Virus record (IMG/VR): IMGVR_UViG_3300027963_000040
Length of the DNA stretch: 64,000 bases
From: a virus
Strand: one strand, 5' to 3'
This document shows positions 18,301-28,145 of the stretch, one piece after another. Numbering within the stretch: position 1 is the stretch's first letter; every line of letters begins with the position of its first letter. Under the pieces are notes generated by a model that was given only the letters and a program-made list of their open reading frames with translations, did no database searches and was not told the origin of the DNA. The position numbers and the translations under genes were made by a program.

Positions 18301-18683
18301 CAGTTAGTTTCCATAGTAGCCTGACGCTTCAGGAAAGCTCGACGTAGAGACTTCGCGTCAAAATACTTCACAATCAAATCTTCTACGATACGTTCGTCGA
18401 ATGTCTTACAGCTGAACACATCGAGGTAAATCTCTCGATCCTGATTAGCGAAATGCGCGCAGATATTGCTAGTTTCAATCAGCTGAACAAGGCTGTAGCC
18501 TTCCTTGTTACCAGTACCGAATTTAACAATCTGTGGTTCGCCATACGCAACCATGTCAATATCATTGACAAGCTGCTTATTGAAATTGTAGATATTGTCA
18601 TAGCTGGTCATCTTCTCGATGTCACAACCAGCGGCATCCACGATAGCGTGATAACCCCAGTAACGTTCACTCATTCCATTCAT
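18300..18683 (-). CDS. S-adenosylmethionine decarboxylase-like proenzyme (divergent)
   Basis: GYHAIVD, LIETSNICAH, YLDVFSCK. Confidence 0.8.
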   Translation of the reverse strand: MNGMSERYWGYHAIVDAAGCDIEKMTSYDNIYNFNKQLVNDIDMVAYGEPQIVKFGTGNKEGYSLVQLIETSNICAHFANQDREIYLDVFSCKTFDERIVEDLIVKYFDAKSLRRAFLKRQATMETN

Positions 18684-18688
18684 TCCTT

Positions 18689-18964
18689 CTAGTAAGCACC
18701 CTTGACTTCGCAGTAAAAAACAGAATCAATTCGGAAAGAACGCCAACCGTTCTCGCCCAGATCCCAAACTGCGATAACGTCGGGATTTTCTTTATGGAAA
18801 GTCTTCTCTTCAGTTTGCTCTTCGAGACTACGCTGGTAGCTCTCCGGTAACATATGTTTCTGAAGAGTGCAACGCATGATGCGATTCTCTCCATTAGCCT
18901 TTGTGAAATGAACTTCAAGCACTTGGCTACGAAGATCCTTCAGCAAGGTGTCACGCTGGTACAT
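18689..18964 (-). CDS. conserved SH3/WYL-like protein of T4-like phages
   Basis: FTKANGE.R.M.CTL, VWDL...GWRSFR. Confidence 0.75.
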   Translation of the reverse strand: MYQRDTLLKDLRSQVLEVHFTKANGENRIMRCTLQKHMLPESYQRSLEEQTEEKTFHKENPDVIAVWDLGENGWRSFRIDSVFYCEVKGAY

Positions 18965-18974
18965 AATATAGCTC

Positions 18975-19229
18975 CTAACCGTTCAATTGAATCTGAGAAT
19001 CATTTATAGAATTCAGATGTTCCCTAAGCTGAGTATAACCCCCAATATACATACCGTCAAGCACTATTATTGGAAAAGACTTAGCTTCCGGGAACTTTTC
19101 TAGGATTTGTTCTCTTGAGAAATGTCTACCAAGTTTATGTTCGCTGTAAAGAATTTGTTTGTCCCATAGAGCAATCTTAGCCCTCTGACAATATGGACAA
19201 TCTTCTTTCGTATATAGCTCGACGAACAT
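18975..19229 (-). CDS. glutaredoxin
   Basis: CPYC, FP.I, IGGY. Confidence 0.9.
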   Translation of the reverse strand: MFVELYTKEDCPYCQRAKIALWDKQILYSEHKLGRHFSREQILEKFPEAKSFPIIVLDGMYIGGYTQLREHLNSINDSQIQLNG

Positions 19230-19690
19230 CAGCTGATTGTTTCCATAGCAGCCGCGCGAAGAGTAGTATATACAGCGTCTCCGTCGCTCAGACTCCGAAA
19301 GTAATTCGAATATTTGTCAACAGCTTCTGTTTCGTGGGTAGCCTGAACCAGACGGAACTGCTTTGCTACAACCGAACCTCTACCTAACTCCCGTGGTGAC
19401 ATCTGCACTTCACCTTCAACAAGATAAAGTTTCGGTTGTCCGATTAAAGCATCAGACCGCTGAACTTGAGATGTTAGAATCGGGCTTGGTAGCGGTTCTG
19501 ATGGAGGAACCATCAGCGCAGCATCTTGAGTCGATAAAGTCCAGGCTGGTTGCTCGTTCCTTACAACTGTATACGCAGTATTCTGATACGAATTATCAAA
19601 CATTCCATCGTCTCGTTCGTAATCGAACTCTACAGGCTCGACAACTTCATTAACAGTAGTCTTGTTCTTTGAACCCTTGGGTCTTGGCAT
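19229..19690 (-). CDS. hypothetical protein with N-terminal PRPKGSKNK AT-hook-like motif
   Basis: AAGGAG RBS before MPRPK. Confidence 0.65.
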   Translation of the reverse strand: MPRPKGSKNKTTVNEVVEPVEFDYERDDGMFDNSYQNTAYTVVRNEQPAWTLSTQDAALMVPPSEPLPSPILTSQVQRSDALIGQPKLYLVEGEVQMSPRELGRGSVVAKQFRLVQATHETEAVDKYSNYFRSLSDGDAVYTTLRAAAMETIS

Positions 19691-19700
19691 AATCTTCTCC

Positions 19701-20246
19701 TTAATAAAATTCAACAATTTCATCTGCGATTCCATATTTCACAGCTTCTTGGGCACTCAGCCAGACGTCTTCTGGAGGTAAGAGATACTTTCTGACCTCT
19801 TTTTCACTCAACCCTGTGCACTTTATATAGTGATCTATAAATCGTCTGGAAATATTGTGGATCTCTTTTGATCTAGCCATCAACTCATGTTCTTTTCCCC
19901 AGAAGATCGAGGAGAACTGATGGCTAAGAATACTTGTGTTTTCCGTTATGTAACGATGACCTTTTTTACCAGCGATGAACGCCAGTAGCCCACAGCTTGA
20001 TATCTCTCCTAGACCGTAAGTGTAAATCGGTATACGAGAGCCTTTCATTACATCAATCAGGCTGAAAGCTGCGGGTAATTCGCCACCAGGAGAGTTGAAA
20101 ATAATCTTCATGAACTTCGGTGCAGTCTTCATCAAGTTACGTTCGATGATGAACTTGATCGCGTTAGAAGTAGTTTCGTTAGTGAAATCTTGATGGAACA
20201 AATAGTAATTATGATCCTCTAGAGTCTTCTTTTCGTCTTTCGTCAT
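19701..20246 (-). CDS. clpP: ClpP-like protease subunit
   Basis: NSPGG, ISSCG (catalytic Ser), SHQ, WLSAQEA.KYGIAD. Confidence 0.85.
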   Translation of the reverse strand: MTKDEKKTLEDHNYYLFHQDFTNETTSNAIKFIIERNLMKTAPKFMKIIFNSPGGELPAAFSLIDVMKGSRIPIYTYGLGEISSCGLLAFIAGKKGHRYITENTSILSHQFSSIFWGKEHELMARSKEIHNISRRFIDHYIKCTGLSEKEVRKYLLPPEDVWLSAQEAVKYGIADEIVEFY

Positions 20247-20261
20247 ATCGATCCTCGCTGT

Positions 20262-20777
20262 TTACATTATCTCAACTCGCAGAACCATTATTCCGGTACG
20301 CTCGAACCCGAGAGCTCTAGCAGAACCAAGAGAAAGATCAAACTCTCTACCTCTTATATATGGTCCTCTGTCATTCACTCTAACTGTTACACTCTGCCCA
20401 TTATCGGGATTAGTGAATCTTACAATTGTGCCGAATGGTAGAGAGCGGTGGGCGACAGTTAAACCCAGAGGGTTGTATTGTTCACCATTGGCAGTTACTC
20501 TACCATGTCTATACCAAGATGCTTTTGCGTTGTACCTTCGTACGATGCGTCGTTCCTTGGCGGCAGCGTTGTTGTCGCTTACCTCTTGAATATGAGCGTT
20601 ATTAGTTTCAACTGTTGCAACCATAGGGGTTGCTTCAATCGTATCAGCTTGTGGGCTGACAACACGTTCCTCCGTCAAAATGTTTTCACGTGCAATATTG
20701 TTATTTTGTGCTGCGCCAGAGATGCAGCATAGTAAAACGCTCAAACTCAAAAGCGCGACTAGTGTGCGCTTTAGCAA
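20262..20777 (-). CDS. RlpA-family lytic transglycosylase with signal peptide
   Basis: ASWY, TANGE, AHRSLPFGT, VNDRGPY, DLS. Confidence 0.88.
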   Translation of the reverse strand: MLKRTLVALLSLSVLLCCISGAAQNNNIARENILTEERVVSPQADTIEATPMVATVETNNAHIQEVSDNNAAAKERRIVRRYNAKASWYRHGRVTANGEQYNPLGLTVAHRSLPFGTIVRFTNPDNGQSVTVRVNDRGPYIRGREFDLSLGSARALGFERTGIMVLRVEIM

Positions 20778-20850
20778 AGTTTGATCTCCTAATTTTGATT
20801 AACGGGTTAAACCCATTCCCGCAGTATGCGGTCGCGAAAGCATTTGGTAT

Positions 20851-21318
20851 TTATGCTGCCGCCAGACCCTTGTAACGATCCGCAGCAATACTAGCTGCAA
20901 AAGCAAAAGGCTTAACCTTCGGCTCGATGTTACAAGTACCTATGATGTAACCGATTGCTTGAGTAACGACGCATGAAGAGCCGTAACGTTCATCGGGGTT
21001 GATATCAAGGTGAAGCTCGCAGAATCTGTCTCCAATAGCTTCCTGGAGTTTGTAGTACAGTTCCTGAACCTTGTATGCTTCGTTCATCAACCTAAGTGCT
21101 GGTCGACTTACCTTACGATCGTAATCTAGCTCTCTGGTTACTTCGCCAAAGATCCTACAACCGTGTTTGCCATCGATATGAACAACTACGACCGTAGCAT
21201 AATCAGCATACCACTTTCCCTTGAGCTTGAATCTTTCGGAATCTGATCCGATGTAGATCTTCGATGTTGGCGAGCAGGTTTCGATATAGGCTATTACTTC
21301 GTTCATGTTCATATTCAT
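20851..21318 (-). CDS. RNase H-like YkuK family protein
   Basis: IYIGSDS, RL..E, LHLDIN, VKP.AFAAS.AAD. Confidence 0.8.
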   Translation of the reverse strand: MNMNMNEVIAYIETCSPTSKIYIGSDSERFKLKGKWYADYATVVVVHIDGKHGCRIFGEVTRELDYDRKVSRPALRLMNEAYKVQELYYKLQEAIGDRFCELHLDINPDERYGSSCVVTQAIGYIIGTCNIEPKVKPFAFAASIAADRYKGLAAA

Positions 21319-21346
21319 GACACTACTTCTTTCTATTATTTTGCTG

Positions 21347-21787
21347 CTATCCCAGTAACCTTATTATACTAGATTCCTGGGAGAAGTCAAGCTTTTTTAC
21401 ATGTGATCTGTGAATCTTGCACATGATAAAATCGTTATAATACTTATCAGTTTCGAGAACTGAGCATTGAAACTGGAATTTTGCTTCCCAGTAATTACAT
21501 TCACCTTTACTCTTACAAAACATTAGAATCTCTCGGGAGAACTTGTCTTCGCCTAGAGCTTCAACATCGGCTATGAGAGTTTTGTTAGAACCCCAATACT
21601 TCTTCCAGTCTGACTCGACAAGGATTTTTTTCTTTTTACCCTTGACGATCTTACTCCTTCTGAACTTCAGAAGCTTCTTACCGATGTATTTCTTATTATC
21701 AATCAAGTTAGTAATGCAGTAAACGAAACCGACGTAATCATCTAGAACAGTTTCATCTACAGGCTGCGATTCGAAAATCCATGACAT
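21347..21787 (-). CDS. GIY-YIG (Seg-like) endonuclease
   Basis: GFVYCIT...KKYIGKK, ESDW..YWGS, YYN. Confidence 0.8.
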   Translation of the reverse strand: MSWIFESQPVDETVLDDYVGFVYCITNLIDNKKYIGKKLLKFRRSKIVKGKKKKILVESDWKKYWGSNKTLIADVEALGEDKFSREILMFCKSKGECNYWEAKFQFQCSVLETDKYYNDFIMCKIHRSHVKKLDFSQESSIIRLLG

Positions 21788-21819
21788 AGAGAGGCATCCT
21801 TTTAACCCCTCTACTTATA

Positions 21820-22083
21820 TCAAAACATCTCACGCCCACCGTCTGGCCAATCATCTTCTTCGTCTTCGTCGTTTTCGTCGAATTCAATCAAGCCCATTTC
21901 TTTGAAGACTTCTTTCAACACCGGATCCGAGCTGTCACATTCGTCTAAGGTGTCGCAGTCATGGTCCGCGAATATTCCGAGAATAATTGAATAGAGTAGT
22001 TTACGATCTTCAGGATCGTCTACAATGTTAAAAATGGTTTCCGCAATTTCGTCAAAAATCTTCGATCCTGAACTCCAACCCAT
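21820..22083 (-). CDS. hypothetical acidic protein
   Basis: MGWSSGS N-terminus. Confidence 0.65.
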   Translation of the reverse strand: MGWSSGSKIFDEIAETIFNIVDDPEDRKLLYSIILGIFADHDCDTLDECDSSDPVLKEVFKEMGLIEFDENDEDEEDDWPDGGREMF

Positions 22084-23189
22084 TATAATGTCATCCCTTT
22101 AAATGTTTCTGTTGATACGTCTTTCTTCACGCCGCCGACAATATAAGATGTAATCTGAGTCTCCTGCGGTGCGACTTGAACCTCACCTCCGCTGATCCAC
22201 TTTTGTGTCCAGGGCAGAGGATTTGATCCGGTCTTATATAGCGTTGGCAAACCTACAGCCTGCATACGGCGATTTGTAATCCACTCGACGTAATCACAGA
22301 GAAGCTGTTTATTCAAACCGATCATAGAACCGTTCTTGAAAAGATATTCAGCCCAAGCTTTCTCCTGCTCGGCAGCAGATTTGAACATCGCCACGCAATC
22401 ATCACGAGTTTCTTCTTTGATTAACGCAAAATCGGGATCATCCTGAGGAAGAACCTTGAGCAGCTGCTGAGTTCCTGCTAGGTGAAGGTTCTCGTCACGA
22501 GCAATCAACTTGATGATCTTCGCATTGCCTTCCATCTTCTTCAATTCAGCGAATGCCCAGGAACAAGCAAAGCTGACGTAAAAACGAATGCCTTCAAGAA
22601 TATTGACCGAGGTAAGAGCCATCCAGAGCGCACGCTTGTGATGATAAGGCGATGGGGTGTTATGAGCATGCCAATTCAATGCCGCACGTTGATTCAGATC
22701 AATCAGATCGTCGTAGTACAAGCTGATATCCTTGGCGCAATCAACAATCTCCTGCATATCAAGGATGTCGTCAAGAACCTTAGACGGATCGCTATAGACA
22801 TTACGAATGATATGTGTATATGAACGTGAATGAACAGACTCGCTGAACGTCCAGGCGATAATCCAGTTCTCGAGTTCTGGAAGCGAAGCAATAGGGCTGA
22901 AAGCTGCCGTTGGCGCGCGACCCTGAACCGAATCAAGAAGAATCTGTCGCTTCAAGTTGCTGGTGAAGATGTGTTGCTCGTTCTTCGTCAAGTCGCGAAA
23001 ATCCTTGGTATCGCGAGTCAGGTCAACTTCTTCCGGAACCCAGAAGAATCCCATCTGCTGCCGAGTCAGCTTCTCTAGGAACGGATACTTCTGTTTATCA
23101 AATCTAGCAATGGTTGGAGCATTATCAAAAAATGCTCTAGCCTTCAGGTGATCCTTCTTGTTGCTAGAATCGAATACGTTGTAAGTCAT
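22083..23189 (-). CDS. nrdB: ribonucleotide reductase class Ia beta subunit
   Basis: FFWVPEE, LLDSVQGR, ESVHSRSY, EGIRFYVSF, RDE.LH, VAPQE. Confidence 0.96.
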   Translation of the reverse strand: MTYNVFDSSNKKDHLKARAFFDNAPTIARFDKQKYPFLEKLTRQQMGFFWVPEEVDLTRDTKDFRDLTKNEQHIFTSNLKRQILLDSVQGRAPTAAFSPIASLPELENWIIAWTFSESVHSRSYTHIIRNVYSDPSKVLDDILDMQEIVDCAKDISLYYDDLIDLNQRAALNWHAHNTPSPYHHKRALWMALTSVNILEGIRFYVSFACSWAFAELKKMEGNAKIIKLIARDENLHLAGTQQLLKVLPQDDPDFALIKEETRDDCVAMFKSAAEQEKAWAEYLFKNGSMIGLNKQLLCDYVEWITNRRMQAVGLPTLYKTGSNPLPWTQKWISGGEVQVAPQETQITSYIVGGVKKDVSTETFKGMTL

Positions 23190-23191
23190 TT

Positions 23192-23389
23192 CTATTTTCT
23201 TCCGATTGTAATGTTTTTGTCTGCTTTTATATCTCTGTTCGACCAAGTCCAACATTCACCGGTTTCGTTCTGAAAACAAACCCACATCAAATCGTGCTCG
23301 ATTCCATAATCAATCAAAACATGCGCCAGCCCCTTGCCGAGAGGTGTTACTATTGGCAAGGGTGGATTTAGCTGTATTAGATTTTGCAT
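23192..23389 (-). CDS. hypothetical protein between nrdA and nrdB
   Basis: QLNPPLP..TP.GKG.A...IDYG. Confidence 0.65.
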   Translation of the reverse strand: MQNLIQLNPPLPIVTPLGKGLAHVLIDYGIEHDLMWVCFQNETGECWTWSNRDIKADKNITIGRK

Positions 23390-25662
23390 GCGTCACAATC
23401 CTCTTCAACAATAACTCCAGACAAAGGTTTTGGAGTTTCGATGTGTTCGCCAGCGCCGTCAGCAGTATTAAAGTAGTAAAGCTGCTTTCCGCCATAACGA
23501 TAGAACATCACGATATGTTTGACCAGTTCGGACATAGGTATCTGCTCTTCCTCATAGAACTTTGGATTGTATGAAGTGTTGACAGAGATACCCTGATCGA
23601 TAAACTTCTGTAGCACAGCGCAAATCTTCAAGTAGCCTTCCGGAGACTTTTGATCCCAGAGCAGGTCATACTTATTCTTCAGCTTTCGGACCTCGGGAAC
23701 GACTTGCTTCAGGACGCCATCCTTAGATTGCTTGACCGAAACAAGCGAACGCGGAGGCTCAATACCATTGGTTGAATTGCTAACCTGCGCAGAAGTTTCG
23801 GCAGGCATCAAAGCCATAAGTGTCGAGTTACGAATACCGTGTTCGCTAACCATTTCGCGAAGCAGGTTCCAATCCATATTATAAACCGGATGTGCTAGTT
23901 CGTCAACTTCTTTTTTGTAAGTGTTGATAGGAAACTGACCGTAATGGTAATGAGTTTCCTGAGACAGAGAACATTGCCCACGCTCGCGAGCGAGCTCGAC
24001 AGATGCCTTGATCAGATAATAAGACCATGCTTCCGCATACTGATGAATCTTTTGAAGACCTTCCTGAGTTATATACTGATAGCTAAGGTCGTTACGAGCA
24101 AGCCAGTAAGCAAAATTGACAATACCAACTCCAAGCGGTCTTCTCGACATTGTAGATCTTTTTGCTGCCGCGACCGGATAATCCTGATAATCGAGGAGCT
24201 CGTCCAATGCACGGACGATAAGAGAGCAAGGACGTTCAAAATCACTAGGATCACGAATCTTTCCCCAATTGATGGCAGCTAGTGTGCATAAAGATATCTC
24301 TCCGTTTTCATCATCAAGGTTATTTAGAGGCTTGGTCGGAAGATCGATCTCACAGCAAAGATTTGACTGCTTGATTGGTGCCTTGAACTTATCAAAAGCA
24401 CCGTGATCGTTCGCGTGATCAACGTTCATCAGATAGATACGTCCAGTATCTTTTCTCTCTTGAACGAAAGCCGAGAACAGATCAATCGCCGCTACGGTCT
24501 TCTTCCTGATATTCGGATTGTTTTCCGCTTCAATATACAGTTCGCGGAAACGATCGTTATCAACAAAGAATGCGTCGTAAAGATCAGGAACATCATTAGG
24601 ACTGAACAGAGTGATGTTTCCACCAGTCAGAAGTCGCTCATACATCACCTTGTTGAACTGAATACCATAATCAAGATTACGTATACGGTTTTCTTCGGTT
24701 CCCTTGTTGTTCTTCAGAACAAGCAGGTCTTCAACCTCTAGATGCCATACAGGATAATAGAGGGTTGCTGCTCCACCACGTACACCGCCCTGTGAACATG
24801 ACTTGACTGCTGCTTGGAAAAGCTTGTAGAAAGGAATGACCCCAGTATGAGAAGCATCGCCGTTCCGAATAGCGCTCCCAATAGCACGAATCCTACCTGC
24901 GCCAATACCGATGCCGGCTTTCTGCGAGACATACTTGACAATCGAGCTCGTTGTTGCATTGATTGAATCTAACGAATCATCTGTTTCAATTAGTACACAA
25001 GAAGAAAATTGGCGCTGGGGTGTTCGTAGACCAGCCATGATAGGTGTAGGCAGGGAAATCTCGAACGTAGATACTGCATCGTAAAATTCCTTTACATATT
25101 TCAGACGAGTTTCTTTAGGATAGCGACGGAAAAGGGTCATCGCGATAAGCATGATTGCCATCTGTGGAGTTTCATAGAACTCACCAGTGACACGGTTCTT
25201 TACAAGGTACTTACCACGAAATTGTTCCATACCAGCGTAGACAATATCAAAATCACGATCGTGATCGATTTGCTTGTTGAGCCAATGTAGATCCTCTACT
25301 GTGTAGAGATCGCGGATTTCCTTATCATAATATTCCTTTTCAACAATATTGTCAACGTGAATACCAAAATGAATAGGATCGGGTTGACCATACACTTCCT
25401 TGCGTAGATTGTAGTTGATCAAACGAGAAGCAACATACTGATAGTTTGGATACTCTTCTGAAATCAATTCAGAAGCTGCCTTGATCAGAGTTTCATGAAT
25501 ATCTGTAGATTTTATCTTATCGTAGAACTGAACTCGAGACTTCAATTCGATTTCGCTGGCAGAAACGTTATTAAGATCTTCGCAAGCCCAGGCTACGACA
25601 CGATGGAACTTGTTTAGATCTAATGGCTCAAGCTTGCCGTCTCTTTTTGTTACTCTGATCAT
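23377..25662 (-). CDS. nrdA: ribonucleotide reductase class Ia alpha subunit (ATP cone)
   Basis: VTKRDG, QFSSC, SNLCCEI, LYY, C-terminal CDAC. Confidence 0.97.
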   Translation of the reverse strand: MIRVTKRDGKLEPLDLNKFHRVVAWACEDLNNVSASEIELKSRVQFYDKIKSTDIHETLIKAASELISEEYPNYQYVASRLINYNLRKEVYGQPDPIHFGIHVDNIVEKEYYDKEIRDLYTVEDLHWLNKQIDHDRDFDIVYAGMEQFRGKYLVKNRVTGEFYETPQMAIMLIAMTLFRRYPKETRLKYVKEFYDAVSTFEISLPTPIMAGLRTPQRQFSSCVLIETDDSLDSINATTSSIVKYVSQKAGIGIGAGRIRAIGSAIRNGDASHTGVIPFYKLFQAAVKSCSQGGVRGGAATLYYPVWHLEVEDLLVLKNNKGTEENRIRNLDYGIQFNKVMYERLLTGGNITLFSPNDVPDLYDAFFVDNDRFRELYIEAENNPNIRKKTVAAIDLFSAFVQERKDTGRIYLMNVDHANDHGAFDKFKAPIKQSNLCCEIDLPTKPLNNLDDENGEISLCTLAAINWGKIRDPSDFERPCSLIVRALDELLDYQDYPVAAAKRSTMSRRPLGVGIVNFAYWLARNDLSYQYITQEGLQKIHQYAEAWSYYLIKASVELARERGQCSLSQETHYHYGQFPINTYKKEVDELAHPVYNMDWNLLREMVSEHGIRNSTLMALMPAETSAQVSNSTNGIEPPRSLVSVKQSKDGVLKQVVPEVRKLKNKYDLLWDQKSPEGYLKICAVLQKFIDQGISVNTSYNPKFYEEEQIPMSELVKHIVMFYRYGGKQLYYFNTADGAGEHIETPKPLSGVIVEEDCDACKI

Positions 25663-25668
25663 GTATTA

Positions 25669-26319
25669 TTATCTTTCTGTTAGAAACTTGAAAAGAAAAG
25701 TCAGCTCATTCCAAGCAGACTCAGCTACTTTCCTATGCTCCTTCTGTGTGCCATTTTCCATACGCAGCTCGCAATAATGAATCCAGGAACGAAGAGTGCC
25801 GTTCATATACATACGAGAACGAGTCAAACCTTCGGGGAGTACTGCTCGGGCTTGTTCTTTAGCAATGCCGTTTTCGATCGCCCATTCGTATGCATATCTA
25901 GTCATTACAATAATGTCTTCTTGCAAATGATCCCAGTTGTTTTTCAACTCGCTGTTATCAGTTTCAATACTGTTCTGACGGTTCTTCGTGTCCTGAAGTC
26001 TTGTTTCTCGAGTTACGAACCCAAGATCCTTTGTAGGATCAGCATACCGTTGTGAAAATTCTTGAAACGAGAATGAACGATGACGTAGAATCTGTCGAGC
26101 AATGTCACGAGTGGTATCTATCTCCATAACTACGTTAACCATCTCGAAAATCGAGAAGTGTTTGTTCTTGATACAATATCTAAGCAGCTTTTCTGATGTC
26201 TCTATGTTCATCTGGTTTGATGGATTAGAGACTCGTGCCGCGTAGGCAATAAACTTATCCGCCGTATCAACCCCATCAATCAGAGGGTTAGTGATTGCTA
26301 CTATCTTTGCTGTGTTCAT
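25669..26319 (-). CDS. thyX: flavin-dependent thymidylate synthase
   Basis: RHRSFSFQEFSQRY motif. Confidence 0.95.
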   Translation of the reverse strand: MNTAKIVAITNPLIDGVDTADKFIAYAARVSNPSNQMNIETSEKLLRYCIKNKHFSIFEMVNVVMEIDTTRDIARQILRHRSFSFQEFSQRYADPTKDLGFVTRETRLQDTKNRQNSIETDNSELKNNWDHLQEDIIVMTRYAYEWAIENGIAKEQARAVLPEGLTRSRMYMNGTLRSWIHYCELRMENGTQKEHRKVAESAWNELTFLFKFLTER

Positions 26320-26543
26320 TTAGGGAATAACCTCCAAGCTTTAACCCAAGTGCGATGCATTTCATCTTCCTTTACAATCTCTTCAGCCAACTCTTTTGAA
26401 TGTGTCGTACAGACAACACACTTGAAATCTGATTGATCTTGAGCAATCGACCAATATTCTAGGATAACATACTCAACTGCCCATTCAAGACCTTTCGGCG
26501 GTTGTCGGTAATAAACGAGACGACCCATTACGCTTTGCTCCAC
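26316..26543 (-). CDS. hypothetical protein
   Basis: ORF in operon. Confidence 0.55.
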   Translation of the reverse strand: MEQSVMGRLVYYRQPPKGLEWAVEYVILEYWSIAQDQSDFKCVVCTTHSKELAEEIVKEDEMHRTWVKAWRLFPK

Positions 26544-27553
26544 ATGTTCAATGCCAGCTTGGCTCGCAGGTCATTGTACGTATGAGTGTCAATAATATAT
26601 CGAACAAAATCAGTACTGAGACCTGCCAAGATCATGTCATTCACATCCTTATGCTCAAGGTTAGATGGCCAGATACATACATTATACCCGTTAATGATAG
26701 CCTTGTCAAGCTTTTTCTTTGTGGTAACTGATCTTGGCTCGTTATCGTAAACAACAACCAGATTCTTCTTAGGAAGATCTTTCACTGTTGAAACAAGATC
26801 GCCACCAGCAGTAGCAATGCTGTTTGACACAAACATTGAATCAATCGGACCCTCGAATACGTATGTTTTCTTATTGAAGTCGACTGAGTCTAGACCATAC
26901 ACCTTGGGTGTTGTTTCATCGTTGACAATAGTTATATAGCGCGTCTTGCTTTTACCACCAAGAGCTCGACCCTGAAACGCATGCATATTCTTTTCTGTAT
27001 CAAAGAACGGAATCATCAGCCTAGGTTCGTCATAGAGCAAAGAAACGTCATCAAACTTACCTGGAATGATCTCGTTCGCCCAAGTAAAGAACTTAGGGCA
27101 AAAGAACATCTTTGCGTGATATGGATTGGGGATTTGACGGTTTGATACAAAAATTTTACAAGGATGATCAGCGCTCAGCTGACTTACCTTTTTCAAACTC
27201 TTCAGAGGACCAGACTTTAAAAATACTGGCTTCTTCATCTTCTCAATGAAATCTTCGAGATCTTTCTGCTGAGGAGACTTCTCATGTTTTAGTTTTTCAA
27301 GACTGAACTCAGAATACAGCTGAAAATCTAGGTTCTTCAGAAAGTTGTTAAAATTGTAAGTTATCTCACAATTGTGACAATGAAACATTGTGTTACCTTT
27401 TTTGGTATACACATAGCCGCGAGCTCTCTTCCTGTCTGACTCAGAGTCGCCACAGAATGGGCAGGAAAAGCAGTAAAGTGTTGATGACTTACGCTTGTAG
27501 TTTCGAAGTCGATTTGATACTAAACCGATGTACTTTGTTTCTAACCAGTGCAT
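26528..27553 (-). CDS. 61: T4-like DNA primase gp61
   Basis: CPFCGDS...FHCHNC zinc finger, EGPIDSMF, YDNEPR, KDVND. Confidence 0.95.
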   Translation of the reverse strand: MHWLETKYIGLVSNRLRNYKRKSSTLYCFSCPFCGDSESDRKRARGYVYTKKGNTMFHCHNCEITYNFNNFLKNLDFQLYSEFSLEKLKHEKSPQQKDLEDFIEKMKKPVFLKSGPLKSLKKVSQLSADHPCKIFVSNRQIPNPYHAKMFFCPKFFTWANEIIPGKFDDVSLLYDEPRLMIPFFDTEKNMHAFQGRALGGKSKTRYITIVNDETTPKVYGLDSVDFNKKTYVFEGPIDSMFVSNSIATAGGDLVSTVKDLPKKNLVVVYDNEPRSVTTKKKLDKAIINGYNVCIWPSNLEHKDVNDMILAGLSTDFVRYIIDTHTYNDLRAKLALNMWSKA

Positions 27554-27618
27554 TTCCCATATCCATCATCATCACATTACTGATTATACCGGAATTCTGG
27601 AAAAAAGCAAGAACTATT

Positions 27619-27975
27619 TTAGTGCAAAAACTTATTCAACAATATAGGAGCTGCCCAACTTACTACCGTAGCAGCGCCGACAGCCATCCACATCGTTTTT
27701 TGAATCGCTTCGATTTTGACGTTCTGTTCAATGTGTTGCTTTGTAGAGCTTTCGCGAAGCATATTTGTTTCGGTTCTAATCGTGCTGTAAACATCTTTCA
27801 AAATGTTATCAACTTCGGTTCTACGTTTGTCTATTGAAGCAGCAATGTTATCCGCGTTTTTTTCTTGTTGAATGATTCTGTGTTCGTGGACAGCAAGCAT
27901 TTTTGAAAGATCAGAAGCGACGATCGCTAATCTTGAAATTGCGTCGTCAATTTTGTCTATACGGTCTTCTGACAT
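27619..27975 (-). CDS. coiled-coil protein with C-terminal transmembrane helix
   Basis: LAVHE.RI motif; hydrophobic C-terminus. Confidence 0.7.
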   Translation of the reverse strand: MSEDRIDKIDDAISRLAIVASDLSKMLAVHEHRIIQQEKNADNIAASIDKRRTEVDNILKDVYSTIRTETNMLRESSTKQHIEQNVKIEAIQKTMWMAVGAATVVSWAAPILLNKFLH

Positions 27976-28145
27976 TATTTTATCAACTTTCTTTTGAATA
28001 GTGGAAAAAGCTGGCGAAGTTTTTTTTTCTTCGGTTTACCAGGCGGTTCGCCTTCTTTACCAACACCAAGCGCAGCGTTACTACCACTTCCTACATTATT
28101 GAATGCTGGAACCGATGCCGTATCTTCTTCGATCTTTTTATCCAT
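27975..28145 (-). CDS. 56-aa Gly/Lys-rich protein (not in ORF track)
   Basis: MDKKIEEDTASVPAFNNVGSG...GEPPGKPKKK; fills the operon gap. Confidence 0.55.
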   Translation of the reverse strand: MDKKIEEDTASVPAFNNVGSGSNAALGVGKEGEPPGKPKKKKLRQLFPLFKRKLIK

